Below are positions 32,001-38,885 of a stretch of DNA of 38,885 nt, piece by piece; position 1 is the first letter of the stretch; every line of letters starts with the position of its first letter. Source of the DNA: a virus. Where the stretch lies: the IMG/VR virus record IMGVR_UViG_3300033144_001637, positions 1 to 38,885 of that record. One strand, written 5' to 3'. The notes under the pieces are model-generated. The model saw nothing but the letters and a program-made list of their open reading frames with translations. It searched no databases and was not told where the DNA came from. The position numbers and the translations under genes were made by a program.

Positions 32001-32286
32001 TCCGGCCAAGGATGGCACAACGGCTGGACTACCTAAGAAGTGGGCTGAATTGTTTGTGTCGGTCTATGAGACTTCTGGTTTGACTATCAATTCAGGGGGG
32101 TCAGACGAGATCATAGACTTTAGAAAATACTCCGACGTTGGCCTGGGAGAAGCCATCCCTCTTTATACTGGAGACATTAGAGTCTCTCAGCTTGGATGGG
32201 TTGATGGCCGGATCACTCTCACGCATGACGATCCGCTACCTTGCACTATTTTGGGGATCTTCGGGGTTCTGGAGACAGGTAATTAA
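29071..32286 (+). CDS. Tail tubular protein B / nozzle (T7 gp12-like) carrying two LamG/concanavalin-A-like lectin-fold inserts
   Basis: The N-terminal NFTNGEVAPRLYGRSDLAKYWASVETLENFVILPYGGVARRDG is the gp12-type start. Two roughly 208-aa inserts (29371..29994 and 31117..31740) share SKFGGASGLF, PDSSDFDFSADDIFTIE and WHHIRIVGDGTNYYLFVDGI, a pattern typical of Laminin_G_3 domains. Confidence 0.6.
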   Translation: MRSKPVQMNFTNGEVAPRLYGRSDLAKYWASVETLENFVILPYGGVARRDGLQYVVAQGDEARKVRLIPFIFSTEQAYVIEAGHEYMRFLMNHGQIVGGLDSDTVLLLHMNGVDGSQTFTDETGTHTVTANTTAQIDTDKSKFGGASGLFTKLDLSYLRVPDSSDFDFSADDIFTIEVNLYQTALQTGVICSQYTDTNNKFRLMVWADGHVEFTVWHTGVTQSLSTAISKLTVDTWHHIRIVGDGTNYYLFVDGIKLVEAAITKSMQNYTGDLLIGTMTGIVAFYGGWMDELRISDAARSTADFVPPTQEYPIGGAAYEVATPYLESDLPLLKYFQSYDTMYIFHPDHEWMKLTRTGHAAWTLAEVDFTNGPWLDEETDIAFTPSATTGDIDLTSNADFFLDGHVGALLRLYNSTVWGYVKIATVADAQTATATVISELGSTADSTKYQEGAWSTVRGFPSSGAFNEASLVAVANDDQPQTIWASKKGDFENFDVGTGLDDEGFIYTIPASNRILWPGALRELVLGTGDGMYKMTGGIDDYISPTNVRVRPGMAIGAMDLSPIPVNNSLLYWQKGSRKLRELTYDPNSYDENYVAPDLSLLADHITLGGVKYSAWQQEPNSILWTVRADGVLLGMSYMRTEDIVGWGRHITDGEIESVAVIPDPTDSFNEVWVSVKRDIDTVDANTVLLLRMNGVDESTSFPDASAGTHTVTAVGTAQIDTAQSKFGGASGLFSGGNLTIPDSSDFDFSADDIFTIETWVRMNHVSSAAYGICAQQIDADNGFEFSVILDGAVEFKVGNAAVWQTLTTSTGVVTADSWHHIRIVGDGTNYYLFVDGILLVEEAITESMSNYTSLFYIGKKVDYFYMSGWLDYFKVSDLARSTTDFTPPEVEGITHRYIEFMNPDMMVDSGLIYSGGEVSSVSGLSHLEGETVNIVADGVVYAQQVVSSGAVAISPAASEIQIGLPYTSKIVTMKPVIPAKDGTTAGLPKKWAELFVSVYETSGLTINSGGSDEIIDFRKYSDVGLGEAIPLYTGDIRVSQLGWVDGRITLTHDDPLPCTILGIFGVLETGN

Positions 32287-32287
32287 A

Positions 32288-32770
32288 ATGGACGAATTGA
32301 TTGCGCGTACAGGTAAGTATGAAATGAGGGCATACAACAAGAAACACCTAATACAACTAAGGGTAGGCCCTGAAACAAGGGACATGGTTGACTTCATTGG
32401 AGTTGATGCCCTGAGTGACAGCTTCCAAGCAAGAGGCCCTGCCTTTAGTGCCTTCTTTGATGGTGCGCTTTTTGTTATTGCCGGGATCAACATCCTATGG
32501 CCTGGGGTCGGAGAGGCCTGGGCTATGTTTGGGAGTGGATATCAAAGGCATGGGTTCTTTATTCACCGGACGACTATTCGATACATAAACCGCTTATCGG
32601 ATGATTACAACCTTGAGCGACTCCAGGCGGTTGTTAAGCAAGATCATTGGGCCGGGATAGAGTGGATTGATAGGCTCGGTTTCAAATATGAAGGTGAAAT
32701 GAAAAAATACTTTCAGGGCAAAACTTACTTGAGATATGCGAAAATCTTTAATCAACAGGCTTCGAGGTGA
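32288..32770 (+). CDS. GNAT-fold-like phage protein (DUF2833-like)
   Basis: I prefer the ATG at 32288, 2 nt after the nozzle stop. WPGVGEAWAMFG ... LERLQAVVKQDHWAGIEWIDRLGFKYEGEMKKYFQGKTY resembles acetyltransferase-fold phage proteins. Confidence 0.4.
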   Translation: MDELIARTGKYEMRAYNKKHLIQLRVGPETRDMVDFIGVDALSDSFQARGPAFSAFFDGALFVIAGINILWPGVGEAWAMFGSGYQRHGFFIHRTTIRYINRLSDDYNLERLQAVVKQDHWAGIEWIDRLGFKYEGEMKKYFQGKTYLRYAKIFNQQASR

Positions 32771-32774
32771 TATT

Positions 32775-32894
32775 ATGATAAAGGAACTTATCGCTGAGAC
32801 AACCTTCTTCGGACTTCTGATTATTGAATGGGCGGCAATTGTTTGTGGGGCGGCTTTTTTTACTACCGTCATTTTTTATATTGGGGGTAAATAA
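32775..32894 (+). CDS. 39-aa single-TM peptide, not in the ORF track
   Basis: The translation is MIKELIAETTFFGLLIIEWAAIVCGAAFFTTVIFYIGGK. It has a TAATG overlap with the next gene. Confidence 0.35.
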   Translation: MIKELIAETTFFGLLIIEWAAIVCGAAFFTTVIFYIGGK

Positions 32895-33142
32895 TGTTAA
32901 AATATATGTTAAACATATTGATCGGGCTGGATCAGTTTGGCAACTCTATTCTGGGCGGAGACCCTGATGAGACCATTTCAAGTCGATTGGGAAAGTTGAA
33001 AATTCGCCACGGTGGAAGTATCCCATGGTATAGGCCTTTGTCAAAGATTGTCGATTGGGGGTTGGATAAGATTGACCCAAACCATAGCATTGACGCAATC
33101 GAAGAGGATGAAGGTAAAGATGCGTTGATAGACAAGGAGTAA
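32894..33142 (+). CDS. Hypothetical protein
   Basis: 82-codon ORF. LDQFGNSILGGDPDETISSRLGK is a motif seen in small conserved phage proteins. Confidence 0.45.
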   Translation: MLKYMLNILIGLDQFGNSILGGDPDETISSRLGKLKIRHGGSIPWYRPLSKIVDWGLDKIDPNHSIDAIEEDEGKDALIDKE

Positions 33143-33145
33143 ATT

Positions 33146-33643
33146 ATGACTGGATTAGGTGGTGCTGCCATAGCTGGCTATATAGCTGCTGCTGCCGCAG
33201 TAGCGGGTGCTGGAGTTTCGGCTTATAGTGCTTATGAGTCAGGGCAAGAGCAAAAGAAGGTCGCCGAAGCTAATGCCAGGATGGCCGAGTACCAGGCGAA
33301 GCAAGCCAAAGAAGCTGCCGACCTGAAGGCGACCTATTACAAGAAAGAAGCTGATAAGCGTATGGCCTCTATCCGGGCTGGATTTGCAGCTTCAGGAGTT
33401 GCAACCACGGAAGGAACCCCTCTTATGGTCCTAATGGAGTCAGCTTCCGAGGTAGCCAAGGATGAATTAAGGATCAGAAGAGGTGGAGAACAGACCGCCT
33501 GGGGCCTGTTGTCAGAGGCTAATATCCAACGCATGGGCGGGAAAAGCGCGGCTACTCGCGGGGCCTGGGGAGCCGGAGCGTCTCTTCTTGGAGGGGCTGC
33601 CAGGGTTGCCAAAAGTTACGGACAATGGGGAGCTAAAGAATGA
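33146..33643 (+). CDS. Internal virion protein (A/G-rich, N-terminal TM segment)
   Basis: AIAGYIAAAAAVAGAGVSAY is a TM segment, followed by a coiled coil and GFAASGVATTEGTPLMVL. This composition and position are typical of podovirus core proteins. Confidence 0.45.
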   Translation: MTGLGGAAIAGYIAAAAAVAGAGVSAYSAYESGQEQKKVAEANARMAEYQAKQAKEAADLKATYYKKEADKRMASIRAGFAASGVATTEGTPLMVLMESASEVAKDELRIRRGGEQTAWGLLSEANIQRMGGKSAATRGAWGAGASLLGGAARVAKSYGQWGAKE

Positions 33644-35382
33644 GAATAAGACCAATACAATCTTCCATTGAAACTGGAATAGCCCCCACAGTCCGGGCTC
33701 CTTTAGGGATTACAAGCGGATTCGCTGAAGGCCTGGGGCAGGTGGGTCAAGCCATAAGTGGGTCAGGAGAAGCAGCCGGGCAAATTAGCCGGACTCTCCA
33801 GATCATCGAAGCCAAAGAAAAGGCCTTTTCTGACTCCGTTTCGTTGACCGAACTTGCAAACCAGGCGAAGGTGTCTGTTTTTGACCATAAGGCCCTTATC
33901 CAAGAAACTGACTACTTGGATATCCCGGAAACAAATAAGAAAGGGCTTGAGAGAATAAAGCAGGAAACCTTTGATGCTGCTATCGCCATAGGCCCTGAAG
34001 TGGCCGAAAATTGGAAAAAGGTTTGGAGTACCATTGAAGCTGATACAATCATAGATGTGGGCCGGATTAAACTTGAGAAATTTGGGCAACGGACTGTGGC
34101 TGGGGGCATAAGCTATATTAACCTATTACAAGGGGAGGCCGTAAAGGCTACCCTTGAGGGTGACACCGAAAAGCTGGAGTTGCTCAATCAGTCTGTCAAT
34201 ACCGTCGCTGATAACCTAAGAAAGAATTTCAAGGTCCCCGGAGCTATGGCCGAGGGAATGAAGGAAGGATACCGAAAAGGAGTTGAGGCTAAAGTCTTAG
34301 CCGCTGAAAGGGAGGCCCAGAGGTTGAGTGAGAAGAGCCTCTTAACGGGAGCTTACCTGGGGGTCAGCCAGGCGGCTAAAGATCCTGAGACCGGAAAGAC
34401 GGACTACACGAAGGCCTATGAATTATTAAGGCAGCCCGGAACGCTGGAACAATATGGGATAACCGCAGAGCAGAAAAGGGAGTTGACCAATATCTTCGTC
34501 AATGAACAGGCGAGAGAAAAAGAGGTAACGGATAAGGCACTGGAACAGGAAAGAAAGATCTTACTTCCAATGGTGTCAGATGGAACCGCAACCATTGAGC
34601 AAATTAGGGAAAGCACTCTTCCAGAAAAAGAAAAATACACCCTTGAAGGAAAACTGAGGGCTCGTTCTAAGGCCATTAACGCCGGTAAGGAAGATCCTTT
34701 CAAGGTTTACGATCCAGGAAAACGAGCGGAGGTATCAAGGCTAATCCGTACAGATCCAGGACTAATTGAGAGTAAGGGAGGCATTGATTATATCTATTCT
34801 CTTGTAGGCAAAGGAACTGACGGCGGGATCACTGTTGAGCAGGCTGAACGGTTTGTCGGAGAATATGAAAAGAGGAACGAACCTTCCGATCCTAAAGACC
34901 CCTTGAAGCAAGAGACGTATAAACAAGCTGCCGGGAGCCTGGACCTTTTTAGACGAAATTGGCACTTTATAGAGGCGGAAGTGGGCGACGATATTGACGA
35001 TGCCGAAGCCAGTGAAAATGAATATACCTATGGCAAGCTCGTTGAAGAGTTAGAGTCGCGGGTAAAAGAGGGTGAAAAGCCGTATGAAGTCTTAGAGGAC
35101 ATTATGAGGCCGTTTGCTGAAAAAGAATCTGGTAGTATCATTGGCTGGTTTCTTGATTGGATGAAGGATTATCCTGCTGGGCAAACTCTTGAAGAGGGGG
35201 CCATTAAAAAAGGTATTGAATTAGGAAAGGGCGCAAGGATCGAAAGAAAAGAAATTAAGACACCTAAAATCAAGAAGATCCCTATTGCTAAAGATGATAG
35301 ATCAAGGGCCATTGAAATCCTAAAAAGGAATGGCCTTTTAATCAACGAGGACAGTATTAAACAGGTTATGGAACAATTCTAA
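33640..35382 (+). CDS. Internal virion protein (helical/coiled-coil)
   Basis: 580 aa, charged and helical, ATGA-coupled upstream and TAATG-coupled downstream. The call is by position. Confidence 0.4.
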   Translation: MRIRPIQSSIETGIAPTVRAPLGITSGFAEGLGQVGQAISGSGEAAGQISRTLQIIEAKEKAFSDSVSLTELANQAKVSVFDHKALIQETDYLDIPETNKKGLERIKQETFDAAIAIGPEVAENWKKVWSTIEADTIIDVGRIKLEKFGQRTVAGGISYINLLQGEAVKATLEGDTEKLELLNQSVNTVADNLRKNFKVPGAMAEGMKEGYRKGVEAKVLAAEREAQRLSEKSLLTGAYLGVSQAAKDPETGKTDYTKAYELLRQPGTLEQYGITAEQKRELTNIFVNEQAREKEVTDKALEQERKILLPMVSDGTATIEQIRESTLPEKEKYTLEGKLRARSKAINAGKEDPFKVYDPGKRAEVSRLIRTDPGLIESKGGIDYIYSLVGKGTDGGITVEQAERFVGEYEKRNEPSDPKDPLKQETYKQAAGSLDLFRRNWHFIEAEVGDDIDDAEASENEYTYGKLVEELESRVKEGEKPYEVLEDIMRPFAEKESGSIIGWFLDWMKDYPAGQTLEEGAIKKGIELGKGARIERKEIKTPKIKKIPIAKDDRSRAIEILKRNGLLINEDSIKQVMEQF

Positions 35383-38300
35383 TGCCGATTGAAACCGATA
35401 TAGACAAAAACATTGATCTTTCAGGTATTCCTAAAGCTCCTGACCCTGGGATTGATCTATCCGGTATCCCAAAGGCTGACCTTCAGAACAGCCAAAGTGA
35501 AGCCAAGTCCATGATGGGCGAAGCCTGGAAGACTGCTCAAGAGATTGGGAACGTGTACCCTATGGCGGAGGCGGCGGCTCATCTTCTTACGGGTATTGGC
35601 GGGGGCGCGGTTGCAGGACTTGGAGGGCTTTTCTCTTTGCCGTTTCTTGGTAGTGAGGGCGCGGTTGGAGTAATTGAAACGATAAATAAATGGCTGGTGT
35701 ATCAACCACAGACAAAGGCCGGAACGTCTTTGAGCGATACGGCCTTGTATCCCTTGAAGAAACTTGAACAAGCGGGATCGGCGCTTGGTGAGGAAGTCAT
35801 GGACCGGACCGGCAATCCTTACCTGGCGACTGCGGTTTACACAGCTATTGTGGGAGCCCCGGCCTTAATAGGGCTTCGGAGCCTACCGAAAGTCATTCAA
35901 GGCAAGATCCAGACCTCCACGGCCTGGCGGCAAATGAATATCAAGGAGCGTGGTCTTGTCCTTCAGGGTCTTGAGGAAACGATTAGGAAAAACCCGAAAA
36001 TGACTGAGGGTCAGATAGTTAGGCGATATGAAGGGCTTAAAGATGAGGCCTTGGCAAGAAGGGCTGAAGGGGAGAAGGTTGCACCGCCGGTTAGGCCAAT
36101 AAAAACACCGGAACAGGTTTATCGTCCTCGTGATTTTCAAGACGCGGTTCTTATTCGTGAAGAAATGGGAAGCCTTAAAGGTTATGATCTTCAAAGTCAA
36201 AAAGAATGGCTTGGGGGCAAAACGCCTCCTAAAGACGGCAACCTCACTATTTATAGGGCAACTCCAGAGGGTGCAGAGATTAAGCCTGGTGATTATGTCA
36301 CGAATGATCTTGCTTATGCTGAATTGCACATGGAGAGCAACTTAGGGGGTAAGGGTAAGATAACGGAATTGAATGTAACTCTTGATGATATTTTCCCTGC
36401 TGATGGTCCTAAAGAGTTTTGGTATGCGCCCAAAGCAATAGAAAAACCCAAACCTCCCCGCGAAACCGAAGCCGACAAATTCAACCGGGAAGTAGCCGAG
36501 ATAGTCCGCGCAGAGACCGACCTGAGCGACGCTGAGATTGATGTGGTGTTCTTGGGTGGGGAGGGGCCGGTTAAGCCTAAGATTGAAGTTCCCGTTGAAG
36601 CCAAACCCATATCAAATTTCGAGGCTGCGGAGGCCTCTATTGACAAGGCCGTTGAAGCATTTCTCAAGAAACCTGAACTTATCAAGGCGACGAAAGCGCA
36701 TCTTGCCAAAATACGGAAAGCCCTAAAACCACGGAAGGCCAAAGCTGTAAAGAAGCAAGTTCGGACAGCTACCGGTCAAATCAAGTTAGGAAAGATGGTT
36801 GAAGGGCTAACAGAACGAACGGCCTTAGCAGATCAAATACGCTTCGAGGCAAGGGCCGCAAGGGACGCATACCGGGCCGGGAAGTTAGAGGAAACGATCA
36901 AGCACAAAAACAAAGCGATTTCCCTATATCGCCGGCGTGAAAGACTCAGGGCTATTAGAGATTATCTTGTTATCCCTGAAAGGATCATGAAGAAACTGAC
37001 AAGGAACCGGGATATTGGCTTAATGTCTAATTGGGAGTTCAAGCAATACAAGGACGATCTTCTTGTTAAAGCTGTTGAAATGACAGAACAATTAGAGGCA
37101 AAGAATCGACTCATTAAGTTGATTTCCGATAAGAGGCTCCAGAGGGTTGATAATTACCGTAAGGCTTTAGAGCTTCCGCCTATTGGTAAGATGACCATAA
37201 AGGAGCTTGAAGAGTTTGAAAAGCTCCTGGAGCCCTTTGCCGATGAAGATATCTTCTTAACAGAGAGGGAGCTTGAAACTGTTGATAGAACGGACCTCAA
37301 AGGAATACGCACCTGGAGGGAGGCAAGGCTGGCCTTGGCTAAAGAAGTTGGGGCAACTATTGAGCAGATCGAAGCTATCAAGGTCCATGAGCTTGATGAT
37401 TACCGATATGACACGGCACTTGCAGAACAGAACCCTTTTTACCGGATGCTGGTCACTGAATCCGCAAGGAAGCTTCTGGAGGCCGATGCACGATATTACG
37501 AGATAGAGGCGAAGGTCTTGGTTTTGGCTAAAAAAGCGGAGAAGTCCAGGCCTCGAACCCTTATCGAAAGAGCGATCCCTCAAGATAAGAAGATCATGGA
37601 ATATATGGAGGCTCCGCAAGAGTTTAAACCGGCACTTGCAGAGGAATTAACGGGCGCTCAGTTAGATTATGCTCATTACATGGAAGAATATTTTGGAAGC
37701 GCCCTTGATTATCTCATCCAGATCCAGGCCTTAACGAAAGGTCGGGAAAACTATTTTGTCCATATGCGCCGGACCTTCCTTGAAGAAGTGAAAGAATCAG
37801 GGCTAAAAAAGGCATTTTTGAGTCTCTATAAGAACTACAAGCAGGATGAAGCGGTTTTCAATATCCTTGACGAGGATACCGGGAACATCCTACCCATGGA
37901 GAAGTTCTTTCAATTTGCCCTCCATCGGTCCGGGGAGCTTTTACCGACTTCTAATATCACAAGGGCCTTTACAAATTACGTCAGGATGTTTGAACGGAAA
38001 CGGTCTTATGATGAACTTATCCCAAAGATGGACATTTACGCTCAAGCTTTAACGCCTCAGAAATTCACTCCGAAAGGGTTGGAAATAGATAGATCTATTA
38101 AGAAGTTTGTCAATAAATACATTAACAGCAAGAAAGGCCGTAAAATTAGGTGGATAGGGAAACAGTACGGAGTGATTGACTTAACTATCAGGGGAGTCCG
38201 GACCTTTACAACTCTCCTGGATCTTGGCCTTAATATTCCTGTAAGCATTGCGTCAATAATCGGTGAACAGGCTACAGGATTGCAGGGCTTGGGCTTTAAG

Positions 38301-38885
38301 AAGTACGCTCTCGGGACAAAGCGCCTCCAGACTGAACAAGGAAAGAAGATAGTCCGGGACAATATCGCCTTTGTTGGCAAGTCCGTCTTTGCTGAACTGG
38401 CCGAACCGGGCAAGATCGTCACTGAAAGGTTTATGGAGGGCATTTTCAGCCTCTTTAGGGTAGCAACTGTTACGGCAAATAAACAGTATCTTTTAGGATC
38501 ATTGACAAAGCGCGAGTTTGAGTCAGGTAAGATCAGCGGTAAACGCCTTTCAGAATTAAAGGTTGATATGGGCCGATGGCGTAAGGTTACGGGGGCCGAA
38601 TCCCTTGTTGGTGCTACCGGAGCCGGGGGTGCTGCTATTCAATATAAGACATGGGCCGTTCCCATAATTAGCACAACCTTGAGGGACCTCAAGATCTTCG
38701 CAAAGGACATGAAGGCTAAGGGTGTCAATGAAGCCCTGAAATCAAGAGAGGCTAAGGAATTATGGCGATTCTTCCTGATTGGCTCCTTTGTTGCCATTGT
38801 TGGGGCCATGATAGCCGCTGAGAAGGACGATAGGAGCTTTGTAGGTCAAATAAAGGCAAAGGCCTATCGAGAGCTTAACACGCTT
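35382..38885 (+). CDS. Large internal virion / DNA-ejection protein (about 1237 aa once joined to 58..267)
   Basis: The ATG at 35382 shares one base with the upstream TAA. The frame stays open to the window end (1168 codons) and continues in frame through the terminal repeat. It has hydrophobic segments near both ends. It is missing from the ORF track because there is no stop in the window. Confidence 0.7.
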   Translation, partial: MPIETDIDKNIDLSGIPKAPDPGIDLSGIPKADLQNSQSEAKSMMGEAWKTAQEIGNVYPMAEAAAHLLTGIGGGAVAGLGGLFSLPFLGSEGAVGVIETINKWLVYQPQTKAGTSLSDTALYPLKKLEQAGSALGEEVMDRTGNPYLATAVYTAIVGAPALIGLRSLPKVIQGKIQTSTAWRQMNIKERGLVLQGLEETIRKNPKMTEGQIVRRYEGLKDEALARRAEGEKVAPPVRPIKTPEQVYRPRDFQDAVLIREEMGSLKGYDLQSQKEWLGGKTPPKDGNLTIYRATPEGAEIKPGDYVTNDLAYAELHMESNLGGKGKITELNVTLDDIFPADGPKEFWYAPKAIEKPKPPRETEADKFNREVAEIVRAETDLSDAEIDVVFLGGEGPVKPKIEVPVEAKPISNFEAAEASIDKAVEAFLKKPELIKATKAHLAKIRKALKPRKAKAVKKQVRTATGQIKLGKMVEGLTERTALADQIRFEARAARDAYRAGKLEETIKHKNKAISLYRRRERLRAIRDYLVIPERIMKKLTRNRDIGLMSNWEFKQYKDDLLVKAVEMTEQLEAKNRLIKLISDKRLQRVDNYRKALELPPIGKMTIKELEEFEKLLEPFADEDIFLTERELETVDRTDLKGIRTWREARLALAKEVGATIEQIEAIKVHELDDYRYDTALAEQNPFYRMLVTESARKLLEADARYYEIEAKVLVLAKKAEKSRPRTLIERAIPQDKKIMEYMEAPQEFKPALAEELTGAQLDYAHYMEEYFGSALDYLIQIQALTKGRENYFVHMRRTFLEEVKESGLKKAFLSLYKNYKQDEAVFNILDEDTGNILPMEKFFQFALHRSGELLPTSNITRAFTNYVRMFERKRSYDELIPKMDIYAQALTPQKFTPKGLEIDRSIKKFVNKYINSKKGRKIRWIGKQYGVIDLTIRGVRTFTTLLDLGLNIPVSIASIIGEQATGLQGLGFKKYALGTKRLQTEQGKKIVRDNIAFVGKSVFAELAEPGKIVTERFMEGIFSLFRVATVTANKQYLLGSLTKREFESGKISGKRLSELKVDMGRWRKVTGAESLVGATGAGGAAIQYKTWAVPIISTTLRDLKIFAKDMKAKGVNEALKSREAKELWRFFLIGSFVAIVGAMIAAEKDDRSFVGQIKAKAYRELNTL
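38829..38885. repeat. Second copy of the 57-bp terminal direct repeat
   Basis: Exact copy of bases 1-57. Confidence 0.95.

Noticed and set aside
35457-38443. Minus-strand ORFs inside the ejection-protein gene (35457..35771, 35883..36329, 36314..36742, 37154..37619, 38057..38443).
   Set aside because: The plus-strand frame is open for 1168 codons, which cannot be chance. The antisense ORFs are short and low in complexity. They appear in the track only because the true ORF lacks a stop in the window.
1-38885. CRISPR arrays, integrase/attachment sites, transposase or IS elements, and toxin-antitoxin pairs.
   Set aside because: There are no regularly spaced direct repeats, no tyrosine or serine recombinase motifs, no inverted terminal repeats flanking any gene, and the RHH gene has no adjacent toxin-like partner.

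Overview
The window appears to be a complete phage genome. Its first 57 bases recur exactly as its last 57 bases, so the unique length is 38,828 bp and the contig is circular or terminally redundant. One large ORF, about 1237 aa, reads straight across that junction. Coding density is very high. Start sites have strong GGAGG-type Shine-Dalgarno sequences, many genes are coupled by TAATG or ATGA overlaps, and TGA, TAA and TAG all act as stops, so this is the standard bacterial code.

The layout has four blocks:
- A plus-strand virion and packaging block (16.9 kb to the end, wrapping to 7.06 kb) in podovirus/T7-like order: terS, HNH, terL, portal, M15 peptidase, scaffold, major capsid, two tandem decoration-like paralogues, tail tubular A, a very large tubular B carrying two LamG-like inserts, internal/ejection proteins, then four fibre/tailspike genes.
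- A minus-strand early block (12996 to 7064): C5-cytosine MTase, a roughly 420-nt GC-rich spacer, a PD-(D/E)XK exonuclease, an HNH-AP2 endonuclease, a Gp157-like protein, a DPPY MTase and a RecT-like annealase.
- A lambda-like plus-strand block (13.2 to 15.7 kb): Cro-like HTH regulator, a replication organiser with iterons inside its own gene, a VRR-NUC nuclease and a lipoprotein.
- A short minus-strand operon (16594 to 15734).

I found no RNA polymerase, DNA polymerase, integrase, tRNA or CRISPR array.

The most unusual observation is in the C5-MTase gene. A 259-codon ORF sits entirely inside it in the +1 frame, has its own SD and ATG, and its translation carries recognisable methyltransferase-type motifs (WPTP boxes, EWLMGYPLGWT). 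The same nucleotides therefore spell conserved motifs in two frames.

Other points of interest:
- The structured-looking spacer next to the MTase gene.
- Two HNH-AP2 paralogues. One is wedged between terS and terL. The other has an in-frame TGA where its paralogue has TGG.
- A probable frameshift or non-ATG start in the RecT-like gene.
- Candidate ori iterons.
- Exact 20-22 nt repeats at gene junctions.
- Signal-peptide-like N-termini on proteins in the fibre module.

All functional calls rest on motif recognition by eye. No database search was run.
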